From Camelus ferus (Eukaryota), in assembly GCF_009834535.1 (NCBI RefSeq), contig NC_045696.1:75766001-75830000 (forward strand): a DNA stretch of 64,000 nt, written 5' to 3'. Position 1 is the stretch's first letter. The number at the start of each line of letters is the position of its first letter. This document shows positions 1 to 13,960 of this stretch, in pieces. Below the pieces are notes generated by a model, which saw only the letters and a list, made by a program, of their open reading frames with translations, searched no databases and was not told the origin of the DNA. The translations under genes and the position numbers were made by a program.

Positions 1-2004
1 GTTTCCACATTTCTCTGTGTCTCCCCACCCTGTAGAGTGTGGCTGAGGGTTTAGGCTTCAGGTCTAGTGTTTTCACTGTCAAGCATTAATGAATCTTCAA
101 ACAGTGTTCAAATTATTTGGATCCTGTCAAGAGAAAGTTTACTTTTAGTATGTATACTTTCTTTAGGAAAAGAAAAATGTTTATTATAATATCTTCCCCT
201 TCATAAATGGTTCATCCTGGCCAGGAAGCCAACTGCTAGAAAGAGGGAGAGGACCTTCTGATTAAGACTATTTCAGCTCCCTTCTGGGCAGAGAAACATC
301 CACAGGCAGCATTTTGGTGGTATGACATGGGGAATACCAGCACAAATTTTAAGGAGTTATGCCTACCAATGGAGAGCTAGATAGTGTGTTCCCTGAATCA
401 GCGTCAGCAGCGGACAATTCCATTTGTGTCCTTCCGGGGAACACCTGTTCGAGACATTCACAACTCAGATGTGCAGGCTGGTTCTGGTGTTACATGCTCC
501 ATATATTCTTCTCAGTCTTTTCTCTCCCATGTGAAAGTGTGAAAATAGATTTTTATTGAGGTTTCAGGGCATCTATGGTGCCACAATAGCTCAAGAAGAG
601 CCTTTTATTTTTTAAAATAAAATTGTAAATGTCCTCAGACTGTCATGTACAGGAGACTGAGCTCTTACGCTATTTAAAAATTTTATGTGATCATAAATCT
701 GTTCCATAGTCAAGTTACTGTTTTATATAATACATTGTAACCTTTTTCCTTCTCACTTCCTCTGTGTTTTCCAGGGATATATGTGAATTTTATTAGTTTC
801 ATTATGTTTAGAAAAATCATAGTACTTTTTAATTTGGAAAATATCTTTTTTTATTTGTTTCTGTCATTAATGACATTGGCATGAATTAAGAGAACAGCTT
901 ATTCATGAATTGGTCAGTCATCAGTGTTTGAACTGGAATTTAAGAACACAATGAATAAACGCCTGGATAGAGCAGGACGGCCAAGGAGTCCCAAGGTGCC
1001 GCCACCCACGGGTTTTCTTACCTTGTCTACATGAGCCCAGCAACACCTTAGTATACTGATTTCTCCAAGATTTACCTTGACTTTAAAACGAAGTTTCTCA
1101 TGTAGTTCCACCCTTCTGGATTTGACAACACCTCTTTCACTACACAGCAAGCAAGCTCTAGTATCTTGATGGGAAATATTTTTAGATTGGGAACTCTGAA
1201 GAAGTTACAGGATAGCATGTGTGCCTCAGAATTATAAAATGAGAAACACCTTTCATCTGGCTCAGAGCATTTTTCTTTCACTTTTTAGGTACTTAAAGTC
1301 ACTGTTGCCATAAACCCATTTAGCTGTTAGGGAGTGATCAGTAATAAAGTGCCAGGTTTCTAACTGAGGATACGCACAAGCTGAAGTGAGATCATCTGCT
1401 CAAGGTCACAGGCTGTATTTCATAAGATGTAGATGTGTGTGTATCTGTGCTGGAAGGTGGGAGAGCTCACATTTCTGGAATCAAACTCTAGGCGTTTAAC
1501 TCCACAAAGAAGGATTTTATCAGATAGACAAATTTGCTCTTTGTGAATGTCATAGAATTTGTCTGTTTCTGTTTTGACTTCTGGAGGTCAATTGTTTGAT
1601 TCTTGATGGCGCTCCATCACACTAGGGAACCAAAGAGGGTCCATTTCTGCTGTCTTGGAAATTGCCTGGTTGCAGCCAAGCTATTTCCTGAGTCTAATTT
1701 CTTTATCCTTCCCAACTATTTGTATCGTTCCAATTCATTCTTCTTACATTTAAATTGGAGCTGGCTTTGGTTACTTAGAATCCAGAATCCTGATGGGAAC
1801 TTTGTACACAGCAGTATTAGCAACCAAGCCACAGCTATGACACAGGCTTCTTATGGAGCCCTTTTCAGGGGTCGACTGGAAAAACTTCAAAATTAAAGCA
1901 TCCCAGAAGTGGAATGGACTGGATAGTTATTCCTAGTCAACAGATACAGGAGTGCGTGATATAAAAATTCAATCTGAAAGCAGACATTATTACAAGAAGC
2001 TTGG

Positions 2005-2760
2005 TTGACTGGGTATAAAAGCAACCCTGGACTCAGAGCCAGGGAACCTTCCTCCATCTCGTAGTTAGCTTGATGACCTCGGGTGAAGTACATTCTATCT
2101 CTAAAGAACTGTCCCTCTGTCTGTGCAGGATAGATAATACCATAGCCTATCTCATAGGGATGTTAAAAAGAATAGAAAATAAATGTATAAAGGACACATG
2201 TAAAAGATACAATTAAAATAGCCTCTTCGTTACTGTTACATTTATACTGTATGATAGATGAGTTATCAGGCGCCTGACCTAGATTCCATTTCATAATAAC
2301 TTTCCAGAGTTATTCATAAAAGCCTCACTCCTTTCCTACAGGTTATAGCCTTGGTATGGTGGGAAAAGGGCCTGAGTTCAAACCCTGATTTTACAGTTTA
2401 CAACCCTTGTGACTGGAGGCAAGTTACTCAAACTCTCTGAGCATAAATGTTCTATATAATAGAGCAGTGTGAAATAAAGATATTAATATTAATTTCAGGC
2501 TTGCTGTAAGAATAACAATATGTATTTTAATACAAATGTATCTATGGATCTTTAAATAATTACATATAAGTGAGTGTGTGTGTGCTAACTCTGCCATTTA
2601 TTAGCTGTGTAACATGATAACTCTTACTAACCTCTCTGAAATTCAGCATTCTCAAATGCACATGGGAGTAAGAATAGCAACTATGTCAGATTTTTTTAGA
2701 GTATTGTGACTTAATGATGTAAAAATATTTAAAACATTGTCTGGCGTACAGTAAGTTGTC
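2005..2760 (+). mobile_element. Cluster of three decayed MIR SINE fragments (approx. 2005-2210, 2345-2520, 2586-2760)
   Basis: MIR core-like motifs: gggcctgagttcaaaccctg, gtgactggaggcaagttactcaaactctctgagc, ctctgccatttattagctgtgtaac, cctatctcatagggatgtt. Confidence 0.7.
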
Positions 2761-4289
2761 ATAGCTATTAGCTATTGTGATTATTTTTAGGCAATGCACC
2801 CTCCTCAGGATGTCATTTAGTAGACACTGAATAAATGATTGTTTATTGTTGATTTTTGCTTTCTCACAGCTAAATAATCACAATTGCCAATCAAAGTTTA
2901 TTCCTCAAGATCAAAGAGATAAAATAGAATACACACACTCCAAATTTGTCCCTTATGTTCTCAAGAAGATAGAGACTTTTACATTTCTTACCACCACCTA
3001 CCAAGCACTTAATTATCATCAGCCATGACTAATTTTAAACTCTGAGAAATGCCACTGGAGCCAGATCCTTATAAACTTCAATTGCTTGGCCCAAAGCACT
3101 GGAATTACTCCGTCTAACTTTCTGCATTCTATCTCCATGCATCCTTTTTGTGTTCTTATGTTTATTGACTCAATTTTATCTTTTTCCTCTTTGACATGGA
3201 AACTTGTCTCTAGATTGTCTACCCCTGTCTGTCGTGGTGTTGGTCTCAAAATTCTCAAGGGATACTGATGCTAGGAGTTACTCTAGGTCTACATTCAAGA
3301 TAGTAAACTGACACATTGTAGCCAATGTCTACTTTTAAGCCATTGATGGAAAGAGCCTTCGCATGCTCCATTGGGAAAAGAGATCAAACACTACCAGATT
3401 GAGTTAAAAAAAAAAGACCAGATGGGAAGTAGACAGGGTGCCAATCTAGCATGACCTCTGACACATCAGTAGAGATGTGATGAGATGGAGCAAAACGTAG
3501 AAGATATTGTTCCAGGAACTGTATTTGTTTTGAAGAAGTACCATGAAAAGAAGCAATAATCAAAATATTACACAAATGTCCAGGACATCAACCAATCAGA
3601 ACAGCATAGATCAAGCACAGTGGACATTGATAATAAACAAGGAGTTTGGCTAAAGTAATGTGTACCAGCTGAATATTGCACTTATTTAAAAAAAATGCAC
3701 CTGTGGTAAGAGGAAGATCCTTCAAGAGACATAAAATAATGTTTTAGTAGCAAAAACACAATTATTAAATTGCCTTCTGAGATAGCGTTGAATACTGCAG
3801 GAGTCGTATTTGTTAAGTGGCGTATTCAAGCTTGAGCCACAGTTAAACTACAGTGATAGTGATAAACATATGTTTCATTGGGCCTTGGGTAGAGGCGTGC
3901 ATAAACAGAAAAAACATTATACCGAGTTTGACTGATAGGACTTTTATGCCCGAGTTGGATAAAAAGTACGAATTTATGTAAATAAATGAACAATGAAAAA
4001 TGGCAGAGGAAATTTATAGGCATAAATAAATATCAAACTAGATATCAGAGTTTGGATTTTTCCAGGAATTTATGGGATCATCATTTACCTTAATAGTTAA
4101 GGAAAAATGGTTTGCATCTCATCCCATATGCACTGGAAAACCATGTGGGATGGAAGTTTTCACCCTCCGTATCCCCAACGATCCCCCTGATAGTTTTTTG
4201 TTCTGGTCTCTTTCCTCTACTGGGTCTGAGTCTTATTCACGTCTCACTTCTGTGACTGGTTTCCCCACGTCATTCCTAAAGGCAGAGTA

Positions 4290-4690
4290 TCACTTTTTTG
4301 AGCCATTATTACTTTATTTAATTTTTGCCACTATAATAGTTGAAAAGCATTATCTTGCTTTAATTTGAGTTTACTTTAATATTGGCAGTCATTTCTTGCA
4401 CATTATTATCTACTGTGTGTTTTTAGTAAATGTCCGGTCTTTACCTAGTCTTCTATAGGAACATTTTGCTTTGGGGGTGTTGTTTTATATATAGCTCTTC
4501 CAAATTAGATATACTACTGATATTTCCTCAGTATGTGTGCAATTTGCCTTTAACATTTTTTATGGTAGATATAACATATAGAAGGTTAACCTTTCACAAG
4601 TTATATTTATCAGTCTTTTTCTTTATAAGTTATTCTTCTGCTTTGAAAACCTTTCCATCTGAAGATCAGATAAAATGTTGACTTCTTTTT
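4290..4690 (-). mobile_element. Old L1 (L1M/L1ME-type) fragment
   Basis: T-rich antisense L1-like text: atttttgccactataatagttgaaaagcattatcttgctttaatttg. Confidence 0.55.
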
Positions 4691-5244
4691 TATTTTCATC
4701 AAAAATACAGATCCTCACAGAAAAATGGATAAAATAAAAAGGTACAAAGTGAAAAATAAAAATCATGTGAAATTTCTCCTCTCATAGACAGTCATTGTGT
4801 TTATGTATACATATTTAACGTTTTTGAAAAGAAAATTTCCATCACAACTACTTTATATTCTTTATTTAATGTATCACAAGCATTTTCTCTCAATGTAGTC
4901 TGTGAAAACTTGACAATAAGGTTTATTTTACAGAATACATATTATTTCAGTTGTTTTAACTATACTCTTTCATGTTTCTTGGTATTATTATAAACTCTCT
5001 TTAAAATAAAATTATTCCCACTACCCATCATTTAGCTGCTGTCCACGTGAACAACACGCTGGCAATATTGAAACCTGTAATTTGAAGCATTTGCTCTTGA
5101 GATTTATGATTTGGTGCTGAGAGAGGCATCCCTTGTTATTTGAATCCAATCTTTTCTTTAAAATGTGTTGGATAGCAAATATTTGGGTGATAAAAGCTTA
5201 ATACAAGAAGTAAACATGCATTCCAAACCCATCCCAAATCCCAA

Positions 5245-5665
5245 AATGTAGCAATCCCACTCCCAGGCATTTATGCAAGAGAAATAAAAACTCCCACTCA
5301 AATGTTCATAGAAACTTTACTTGCCATGGCTTCTAACTAGAACCAACCTAAGCATCTGTCAGCTAGCCAATGGATAAACAAAGTGTGGTACAGCCATAGT
5401 ATTAGTCAGCAATGTAAAAGAATTCTTGAAAACATGAAAAAAATGGATGAATTTCAAAGCATTTTTAAGTGAAAGGAGACAGACACAAAAAACTAATAGT
5501 ATATTATTCCATTTACATAAACTTTTAGAAAAAGGCTAAATTTTAATGACAGAAAGCAGATGAGAAGTTGCTAGAGCCTGGGGTTGGAGGGAGGGGGTTG
5601 ACTCTAAAGTGGATGACGGTCATTTCATAGGGTTGATAAAAATCCTGTGATGATTGCGGTTATAT
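5245..5665 (+). mobile_element. L1ME/MC-type 3' end fragment
   Basis: gcaatcccactcccaggcatttat, aaatgttcatag, aatggataaacaaagtgtggtacagccatag, atggatgaatttcaaagc are hallmark L1 3' motifs. Confidence 0.8.
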
Positions 5666-6969
5666 TCTTTCCTTTTAAAAAATTATTTATTAGCAAAGTT
5701 TGTGACAATATCAACATTTGATTCCCTCAGAACACTATTTTTGTGTATTAGGCTGCATGGGGACCCTCTGTGTGAAAGAGTAGCACTACAATTAATAAGA
5801 ACTTGCTAAGTCTATAAAATGTACTTGGCTTGCTTCCCACACACTGGGAAAATGAGTAACGCTGCTGATTGGGTAACAAATGTCTTTAATGTCAGGTGGT
5901 TTTCATATTGTATTTCCAGCAAAATTGAAGGAGGACATATTAAATTATCCACTCTAGATCATTAAATATAATTTTGATGATAGAGTACTTAGTATTTCTT
6001 TGACATATAATTCAGAATAAGTTCAAATAATTGAATAACTGCATAATAAAATTTCTTTCCATCCTCCCATCAACTTATTTAACTGACTTATTTAACTACT
6101 TATTGAGATAGACAGGATTTTAGTAATTTGTATTTATAAAAAAGTAACATAAGGATTATAATTCATCTTTAAAGCAGACTTATTCCAACAACAAGCATAA
6201 TGATTAATAACAGTATTATTCATCTAAAATATTCAGTGTGTGTATTTTATTAAGATACACTTTTTTTACGCTTTAAAAAATTAAAATAAAATTACATGGG
6301 AAAAGTGGAATGGAAATATAAGTTAAAGAAGAAAGGAGAATTATGTAAAATTTCTGTCCCTGAGAGAAGAGTTAGTTCTTCTATTTTTAAATGGCTACTG
6401 TTGCTACGGCATTTAGATTCTATTTAGCCTATTCTATTAAATTCTATTGGATAGAATTCGAAAAGGAATGTAACAGTTTTACTTTAAAATGTCACTATTT
6501 CCAAAACACTGGAAAATATATTTCTTACAACTAACTACTTACAATAAAACATTTAAATTAATTAAAAAATGTAAGAGTGGGGAAATAGTTTTCCATGTTT
6601 TTTTTTTTTTTAGGGATTATTTGAGCAAAAACCTGCAATGGTGATGACATGAGCTACATAACATATATTTAACATGCTCAGATATGTTCATCCCAATGAT
6701 AGCCTTCACAACGGAGAATATCCATCCAGCTATTTTCACATAATGTGCTAGCAAAACAGCAGAAATCTTTTATTTCCTGAATTATTTAAAATTGTATAAA
6801 TATATGTATTTTAATCAATTTAATTCTTCATCAATTTGATAATTCATTTCTATGATTATAATAAGAATACATAGTCATTAAAGAAAATTTTTAAATTTCA
6901 AAATGACAAGTATAATTTAAAAAAAAACCCAAATCCCATAATGAGCAAATAGACACCTTTTACGGATGC

Positions 6970-6971
<2 letters not shown>

Positions 6972-7003
<32 letters not shown>
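6972..7003. repeat. (TG)n microsatellite
   Basis: Uninterrupted tgtg run seen directly. Confidence 0.95.
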
Positions 7004-7004
<1 letters not shown>

Positions 7005-8746
7005 ATGTGTTTATAAGCACATTTGACATGTTGTGATTTACATAGCCTCTTGTTCTCTGGTTTTGTTCTTAACATCATGTCATGAATATTTTTTATGTCA
7101 TTAAATACTCTACAAAAATTTAATTTGTGTTCTATTTTTATGATTAATTATAAGAAAGTTATCATTATAAGACTTTTATGACAAGTTCATTTTAGCACGA
7201 GCTAAAATAGAAAAAAAAAGTCATCAAAATGGCCAACAGAATGTTTAAATTTTAAAATAACATACTATTGCTTATTCCAAAATTAATCCATTTGTAGTTA
7301 CCTCTAAGTTTTACAAAAGCATATTTAAGTATTACTTATTTTTGGAGTTTATAATAAAACAGTATCCCTTGACTTCTCTGCAGGCAAGGAATTTAATATG
7401 TATTTGTTCATCTCCTCCAAGTTTTTCAAGAAATTCAGGTGTGTTGTGCATTTTCTGAGTTTCTTTAATTTGTCAGATGATTTTTTTCCTGTTGCCTTTG
7501 CCACAAAGATCAAGTCCATTTAAAATAAAATGCTTGACTTGTGACCTTTACCCTTCAAATTCTGATTTAAGCACAGTTTCTTAACAGTAATATTGAGACA
7601 TCTAGTAGCAAAAAAAAAAAACCTGCTCCAGGGAAACTGTTTTTATTATTGTGATGGTGGTAGTTCTGTGTTTGTTCTGTCTGTGTATTTGTAGAATTCT
7701 ATCTTTAACTTAGCTATGCAAAAGGTGTCCAGATATAATTCTCTGTTTATCAAAATTTATTGAAAGAATATGACTTATACATGTAACCCAATTATCTCTT
7801 TTTCTCTCTCAAAACTGTTCATTATAGTCAGCTAATTTTTTTTTAATTTATATTTTTAGTCTTGGTTTTTGCCTTATTTGATGTAGCTTACACCTGGGGA
7901 ACATCTACAATGTTTATAAACTAAAACTTCTGTCTCTTTAATATTCTGTTAATATTTTTACTTTTCTTCTTTTCTTCATTATTTTGGGAGAACATGTAAG
8001 TTAAATTTTTACTCAATCTTTTTTCCTGTTGTGCTGACTGGGTAACTTCTGTGCAGAGCTTTAGGCTTCTACTGAAATTCGGTGCCAGTTCCTCGTAGTT
8101 TACATTTCTTCTCCTCTTCTTACTGTTATTTTTAATCTCAGTGTATTTACTTTGCTCCTCTTCTTACTGTTTCTTCTCAGTATGATTTCTTATAACTGTC
8201 TCACCACATTCTATTTCCCATCTTTCCTGATTCTATTGTGAATACCCCAAAAAGATTTCTTTTATTCCATTCAGTTGATCAGTTTCAGAGGTCTGCTTTT
8301 CTCTTTGGTTCTTCAGAATAACGTTTCTCCTTGCTTCATTTGTGTTATTTTCTCATAAATCCAATTTGCATTTTATCTTCCTACTCATCTTTAAAAAAGA
8401 CAAAGTCTATGCAAAAATGATGCTTGCTAACAAAGACGTGTTGTGGGTCTTCCTGTCCCCTCCATTCTCTGTCCCCTTCACTGCAGAACATTTCTGTTCA
8501 GAAGCACAGTACAGGGCGGTGACAAGCAGATGGCCAAACCCGTAGAAATGTGTTGTGTCTTCCTTTCAATACACTGTACAACTTCTGATCTGAAGTGTCT
8601 TCCCCAACTCCACTGCTGGCTTTCTGGATTCTCTGAAATTAGACTATATATTTTAAAAACCACTATGCATATTTCAGTATTTACCAATTACCAACTCATA
8701 TAATATTTTGCTGTCATTTCATAAAATTAAGCATATCATCAATAGT

Positions 8747-8828
8747 TCTCTCTCTCTCTTTCTCTCTCATACACGTGCGTGCGCGCACGCACACACACAC
8801 ACACACTCCATATACTCACATACACACT
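8747..8828. repeat. Compound (TC)n / (GC,GT) / (CA)n microsatellite
   Basis: tctctc...acacgtgcgtgcgcgcacgcacacacac seen directly. Confidence 0.9.
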
Positions 8829-10029
8829 TCTGGCCATGTTTTCTGAGCACTGTGATATCCAGAAAGCAGCACCTAGACAACAAAAAGTCTGTTAAGTTTT
8901 ACTGTTGATGTGGAAACCTGCTTAAATAACATTTGAGTTTTTAATAAATAACCTTTAATAGATAGAAGTATTATAATTCTCGACCTAAGAACTAAGCATT
9001 CTCAAACATTTTGACCCGTAGGTTTTTTCCAAGGGTTTTTTTAGCTGCTTTCTTTCCTGCTAATCCTGTAGTAAATGTCTTACGTTGAGCTGTGGGTCCT
9101 GTTTGGATGACTTCCTGTAGAAGGTCACACTAGAGGGAAAAGTAGGGACACCTTGGGAGTTTGCTCATATTGCCACGTTGCTTTCAAAAGGACTCTCTGG
9201 AGTTTTAAAGGCATTAGCAGAAAATAAGCTGTCTTGTTTTGTTGCAAAGTTACCACACTAAAAAAGGTAATTTCAAACATCTTTCCTTCTCTTTCCCCAT
9301 GAGGAACTGAGGAGCCATGATTTTGCTGTCTAGCCCTCTTTTAGGAGAAATATTGCTTGGGTAAACAAATATGAATGCATCTACCAATTCTGGTAAAATC
9401 CTTTCTTGCTATTGGTTTCCTATAGCTTAGACGAATTTTACAGAAATTTCAATGAGCCCTTAAGGACAACCACCCTGGTGAGAACAGCGTAATGCTGAAA
9501 GGGAAATGTCAGTGTTACTGTGGATCTGAGAAAATTAAGAGCAAACACACTAGCAGTAGGAGTCTAAAGATGAAAACAGTAGGCCTGTTCCCTGTTCACT
9601 TACTAACTTCATCAAAACCATTCTGTGTTCTCAGTTCTCAACTTCCCAAGTTTTGTTTATGTATCTGGTTGTCAGTAAATCTAGACTAAGGTGTTAATTG
9701 GTAATTAATTGATCCAAAAGAAAAAAATTGCAACAAAAGACATTAAAGGTACTTTTGAACATGAAGCCTTTCTGCTCTCACCATCAACCTCCAGGTCACA
9801 TAAAACATGCTAAGTTTCTTGGAATTTTAATGTGTTTTTAATTATCGAAGTTACATATTTCAGCTGAGTACGTACTCAGATACCCAGAGGAATCTATTCT
9901 ACTTCTTAGGTCACATTATTTAGGAAATTGCTTTCTCTGCTCACACTTCGGCTGAGTAGCTTCAAAGACTGCATTCAGTCTTTCTTGAAGGAAACAAAGA
10001 GATTCTTGAATGGAGGCAAAAAAAAAAAA

Positions 10030-10150
10030 AATTATTCCATCTCATAGATGAAACCCAGAGTCCCAGAGAATTGTTAAGTTCCTGAGTTAACACAGCTTGT
10101 ACTGTAAAATGGCAGGTTAGAAATCTAGGTCTGTTGAATTGAGCTGATTT
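10030..10150 (-). mobile_element. MIR fragment
   Basis: ccatctcatagatgaaacccagagtcccagagaattgttaagttcctgagttaacacagc resembles the antisense MIR core. Confidence 0.65.
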
Positions 10151-11349
10151 TTTATTTTCAACATAGTATTTTTCCAGGTAACTGTCACAGCCTCCCAGAG
10201 AATCACACATCTTCCTGAATACTAGTGATAAACAAAACAAACTAAATAAAGTGTTGCATACTCTGCCCTTAAATTAAAATTCAAGTGATGGTAATGTGTT
10301 CAACTTCTCTCTTGGAAGAGAAAGCTAAGCTGATTAAAGCCCTCATTCAGTCCCTTTTACAGATCTTGGCTTCGTGCAACGATCTGGGCCTTCGCTTCCT
10401 TTGGGGAAAAGACAACGTGTCTTTGTCTTGTCAACACCTGCTGTTTGGGCTATTTCAAACCTAGGAGGTAATTTTGTTCCCAGTAGAGATTGTAGTTTGT
10501 CCAGTTGTCTGAAACAGAAAGTAACAAATTCCTTAATATGAAGACTGAGCCCCAGACCTGAGGCAGTTACAGACCCTGTGTAAATTAGGCCGATGGCAGA
10601 ACAGAGATTTTTCTGATAATGTGATTTTTCTCCCAGTTTGGCCTCTATTTCTGGACAAACTGAATCCCTTTGCATGGCATATTAATGAGTGTTAAGCTAT
10701 GATTCTTTCTATAAACATACTTTAAATTCAGGTAAGTTTATAAAGAAAAACTACTCTGACATAACGTAAGAATATCTGATCCATAAATCGTGACTTTCTA
10801 TGCAGTCTAATGTGGCAAACTGAACAATAAGGGCATTTTATACCTTGCGTTTTCACTCTGAGTTCAGATGTTCAGAGCCAGTATATGGATGAAAAAAACC
10901 ATGGGTGCTCTTTGTAATCATTTCACCCACCTCTTCAGGAGCCTGACTCTTCATGTATTCCACTGCTTAAAACCCCTCAGTTCTCTATTCCTGCAGAAAA
11001 AAGTCCGAACCAGTTAACACCACAGTCACAGCCCTTGTTAATTCAACTTTTCCCAGCACCACCGCTTCCTGTTTCGTCACTTATCCAGCTTTATACGTGT
11101 TAATCACACCAGGTTCTTTCTTTCCCGAACACCTGTGTTTCCGTGTCTACCTTCTGCCCTCCTCCTCCTTCAAGACCACTGCACAGGGGTCAAGTTATAA
11201 CGGCTGAAGGCCTTGTATAAACCATCAGGAATGCAATATATTTTACTTGCCCATGAAAAATTAAGTAGAGATTAGGTCAGCTCAACCCAAGCAACATCAG
11301 ACCTCACTTTCCAGGACCGGGGTTAAGCCATACACTAACCTCATTTCAT

Positions 11350-11785
11350 AATTCATCTTGATCTTTTAATGAAAAGGAAAAAAGATACGGGTTGAATTTG
11401 TCAAAGGAAGAGTAAGGCAAATAGTTCTAGCTGCCTCCTCTAATTTTATTTTCTTCTTCTTGCTAATCAACAGTATCTCAATTCTACTGAGGGTGGTCAC
11501 AGAGTTAGTCCTTTAGTCTTTCTCGTTTTTTTCGGCTTAGAATGCAGACACAAAGGTTCTGAAGGTACAGTGGCCATTTTGCAACCAAAAGGTGCTGTCG
11601 TGAGTCAAAGGCCTGTACTCTTAGGATGGCTGAGGGGAAAGGCAGGAAGGCCTTGGATCCCAGATGGCATCTCTGAACCATCACCAGTCCTGGTTTGTCC
11701 ACACAGGAGTCTGTGTTTATAGGGGTAAACCAACTCCTGTTTGAAAGTTTCAGTTGTAACTGAATCCATTACTAACTGATATAAA
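11350..11785 (+). mobile_element. MaLR LTR, MLT1J/K-like
   Basis: ggccattttgcaacca...aggatggctgag...ccttggatcccagatggcatc...ttgtaactgaatccattactaactgatata matches the MLT1 3' half and terminus. Confidence 0.65.
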
Positions 11786-11809
11786 AGACTAAACCGAAAT
11801 TTGGACATC

Positions 11810-12140
11810 ATGATTTTATTGAATTGTCAAAAACTTCCCACTGGGTTTTCTATAGACCACCACCCTTTTTCTTGTTCCACTGTCTCTCATTCTCAGGTTT
11901 CCACAGTGCCTACCTCCTGTGCATCTCAGACCACTTGGGTGTCAATATTCAAGCCTACCCAGGACCTCGTCCTTCACCTAATCCCAACTGAGACTTGCTC
12001 TCCTTCCTTTGACTTCTCCCAGCTCCAGGAAACACCTGAACCTGCCCTCAGTTCCTTGCCTCGCAACCTGACCTCGTGGAAGAAGCTCCTGCCCCAGCCT
12101 TCCTCGGACACGTGGATTCTTGGGTCACTCCATCTCACTT
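11810..12140 (+). mobile_element. L2 fragment
   Basis: Pyrimidine-rich L2 ORF2-like text ttcccactgggttttc...caccctttttctt...tttgacttctcc. Confidence 0.45.
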
Positions 12141-13364
12141 GATTTTCTTCTGGCAAGAGAAGGGGATCAGACAGATTTAGAGATTTAAAAAAATTTCCAA
12201 TCATGCCTGAAACTGGCTGCCAAACCAACAGACATTTCATGGCCAAAATAATTTGTATTTAGAATAGACCAATTTATGTTCCTTTTCAAACCCGTGAAGT
12301 CCTACTTTGGAGGTCAGCTGTCCTCTAGCCTAGGGAAGGATAATGATTCTTCACACCTTGCTGGATGACTTTATCTTCACTTTAAGATGAGGGGCCATTT
12401 CGTGAACTGGTTCGGTGACAAAAGTGATCTTCTGTCAGTTTCAAAGATAAACAGCCTCAAGCAGTCAAAATGATTTCATAAGTTTTCATCAAAAGCTATA
12501 ACTCTGACTTGAACTTTTCAATAGTAATGGCTCCCAATGATTGACTTAATGCATCCGGAACAAAATGCAAAGGGATAGTACTTCAGAAAATATTTTTGAA
12601 GAACTAGCAGCTATGCGAAACTACAGAATAGTGGTTTATAAAATTTTATTATACTGCTTTAGAAGCCTAACCACTGACATGACCACCTGCTGGGGGGCTT
12701 GTGGCATGCACACGCTTTTCTGGACGAGCTACCTGTTCCTAAAGATGCAAATAGTTAAAAACATTCCTGGATGTGACACGGAGACTTAGTACAAACTATA
12801 ATCATGTGCATTTTGGGAAAAGGGCAGTTCCTCCAGAAACATCTGATAATGTGCCTCTGCTCTCTAATAAAAAATGAGAGGATTAAAGCTGGGAGCGTGA
12901 TCCATGCCAGGTACACTAAAGTCCCTCCTCGGGAATGTGCAGTGGTAACGAAGAGATTTGAGTGGCAGGCTGGATATTCTTTAATATAAGAAGTGAAAAT
13001 TTAAAAGTTGTTGCAGCCAAGATCTGAACTATGGACTGAAGGGCAAAAAAGGTCCATTTTCAGAGAGAAATCCAATATCAGATTCTCAGAGAGAATCATA
13101 AATGAGAGATGAAGAGAAATGATCTCACAGTTTCCCCAAGTGTACTGGCCTTTGGTTACGGCACATCCGTGAGTCCTGCTAATTCACAGCCTGTACGGTA
13201 CTTGAGATGTCCTATACCCTCATAATAAATTCACTCTTTTTGCCAAATTTAGCTCCACTGGGGTTCTTTTACAGATGTAATAAATTTCTGTTTCCTGCAG
13301 CAAATAACCTTTTAGCAAAGCTTATGGGAAAATGTTTTGTTTTAATAAGACAGAACTGTTTTCT

Positions 13365-13960
13365 CTCATTCATTTGTTGAAGAAGCCATTTTTCTATAAA
13401 ACGATTGTGCTATGTTTTTAGGCAGTAACGACTGAATCATGTATGGGTTCTGCAATCAAGGAACACATGGGGAGAGAATACGTCTATCTCTGTAGATAGG
13501 TGCATGTGGGAAGTAGTGAGGGCCGTGAAAGGGGCAGATCCAACACGCTGTGGAAAGACATTGCTTCCAGCAGTGATCCAAGAAAACTTCAGGAAGGGGT
13601 GGAGCTTAAGTTTGTATGTGACAGATGGGCATCTTTTGGGCATGTGGGGTTAGGAGAAAAAGGATTCTTGGTAGAGAAAATGTGAACATGATTACAAAGA
13701 TAGAAAGAAGGAAGGCATGCAAGCAAAAGTTCAGTTTGACTGCAATAAAAAGTCTGTAAGTAGATACAGCGATTAAGATTAGAAAGATAAATTTGGGCCA
13801 GATTAATGGAGGCCTTTAAAACTCATGTAATAAATTTAGAGTTTCTTATGTTATCTGTAGAAAGTTAATAACAGTCTGTGAGCCAGGGAAAGATGTCAGG
13901 AATGCCTCAGGAATAGATCAAGAGGCAACATAACTGATGGACCATAGGAAAAGGAGGCTG
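13365..13960 (-). mobile_element. L2 3' fragment
   Basis: tcattcatttgttgaa start, tgtgctatgttttagg, gggccagattaatggaggccttta...atttagagttt typical of antisense L2. Confidence 0.6.

Noticed and set aside
1022..1215. Minus-strand exon-like segment with donors near 1075 and 1022 (peptide KEVLSNPEGWNYMRNFVLKS, faintly RGS-helix-like)
   Set aside because: The resemblance is too short and vague, and I found no compatible neighbouring exons
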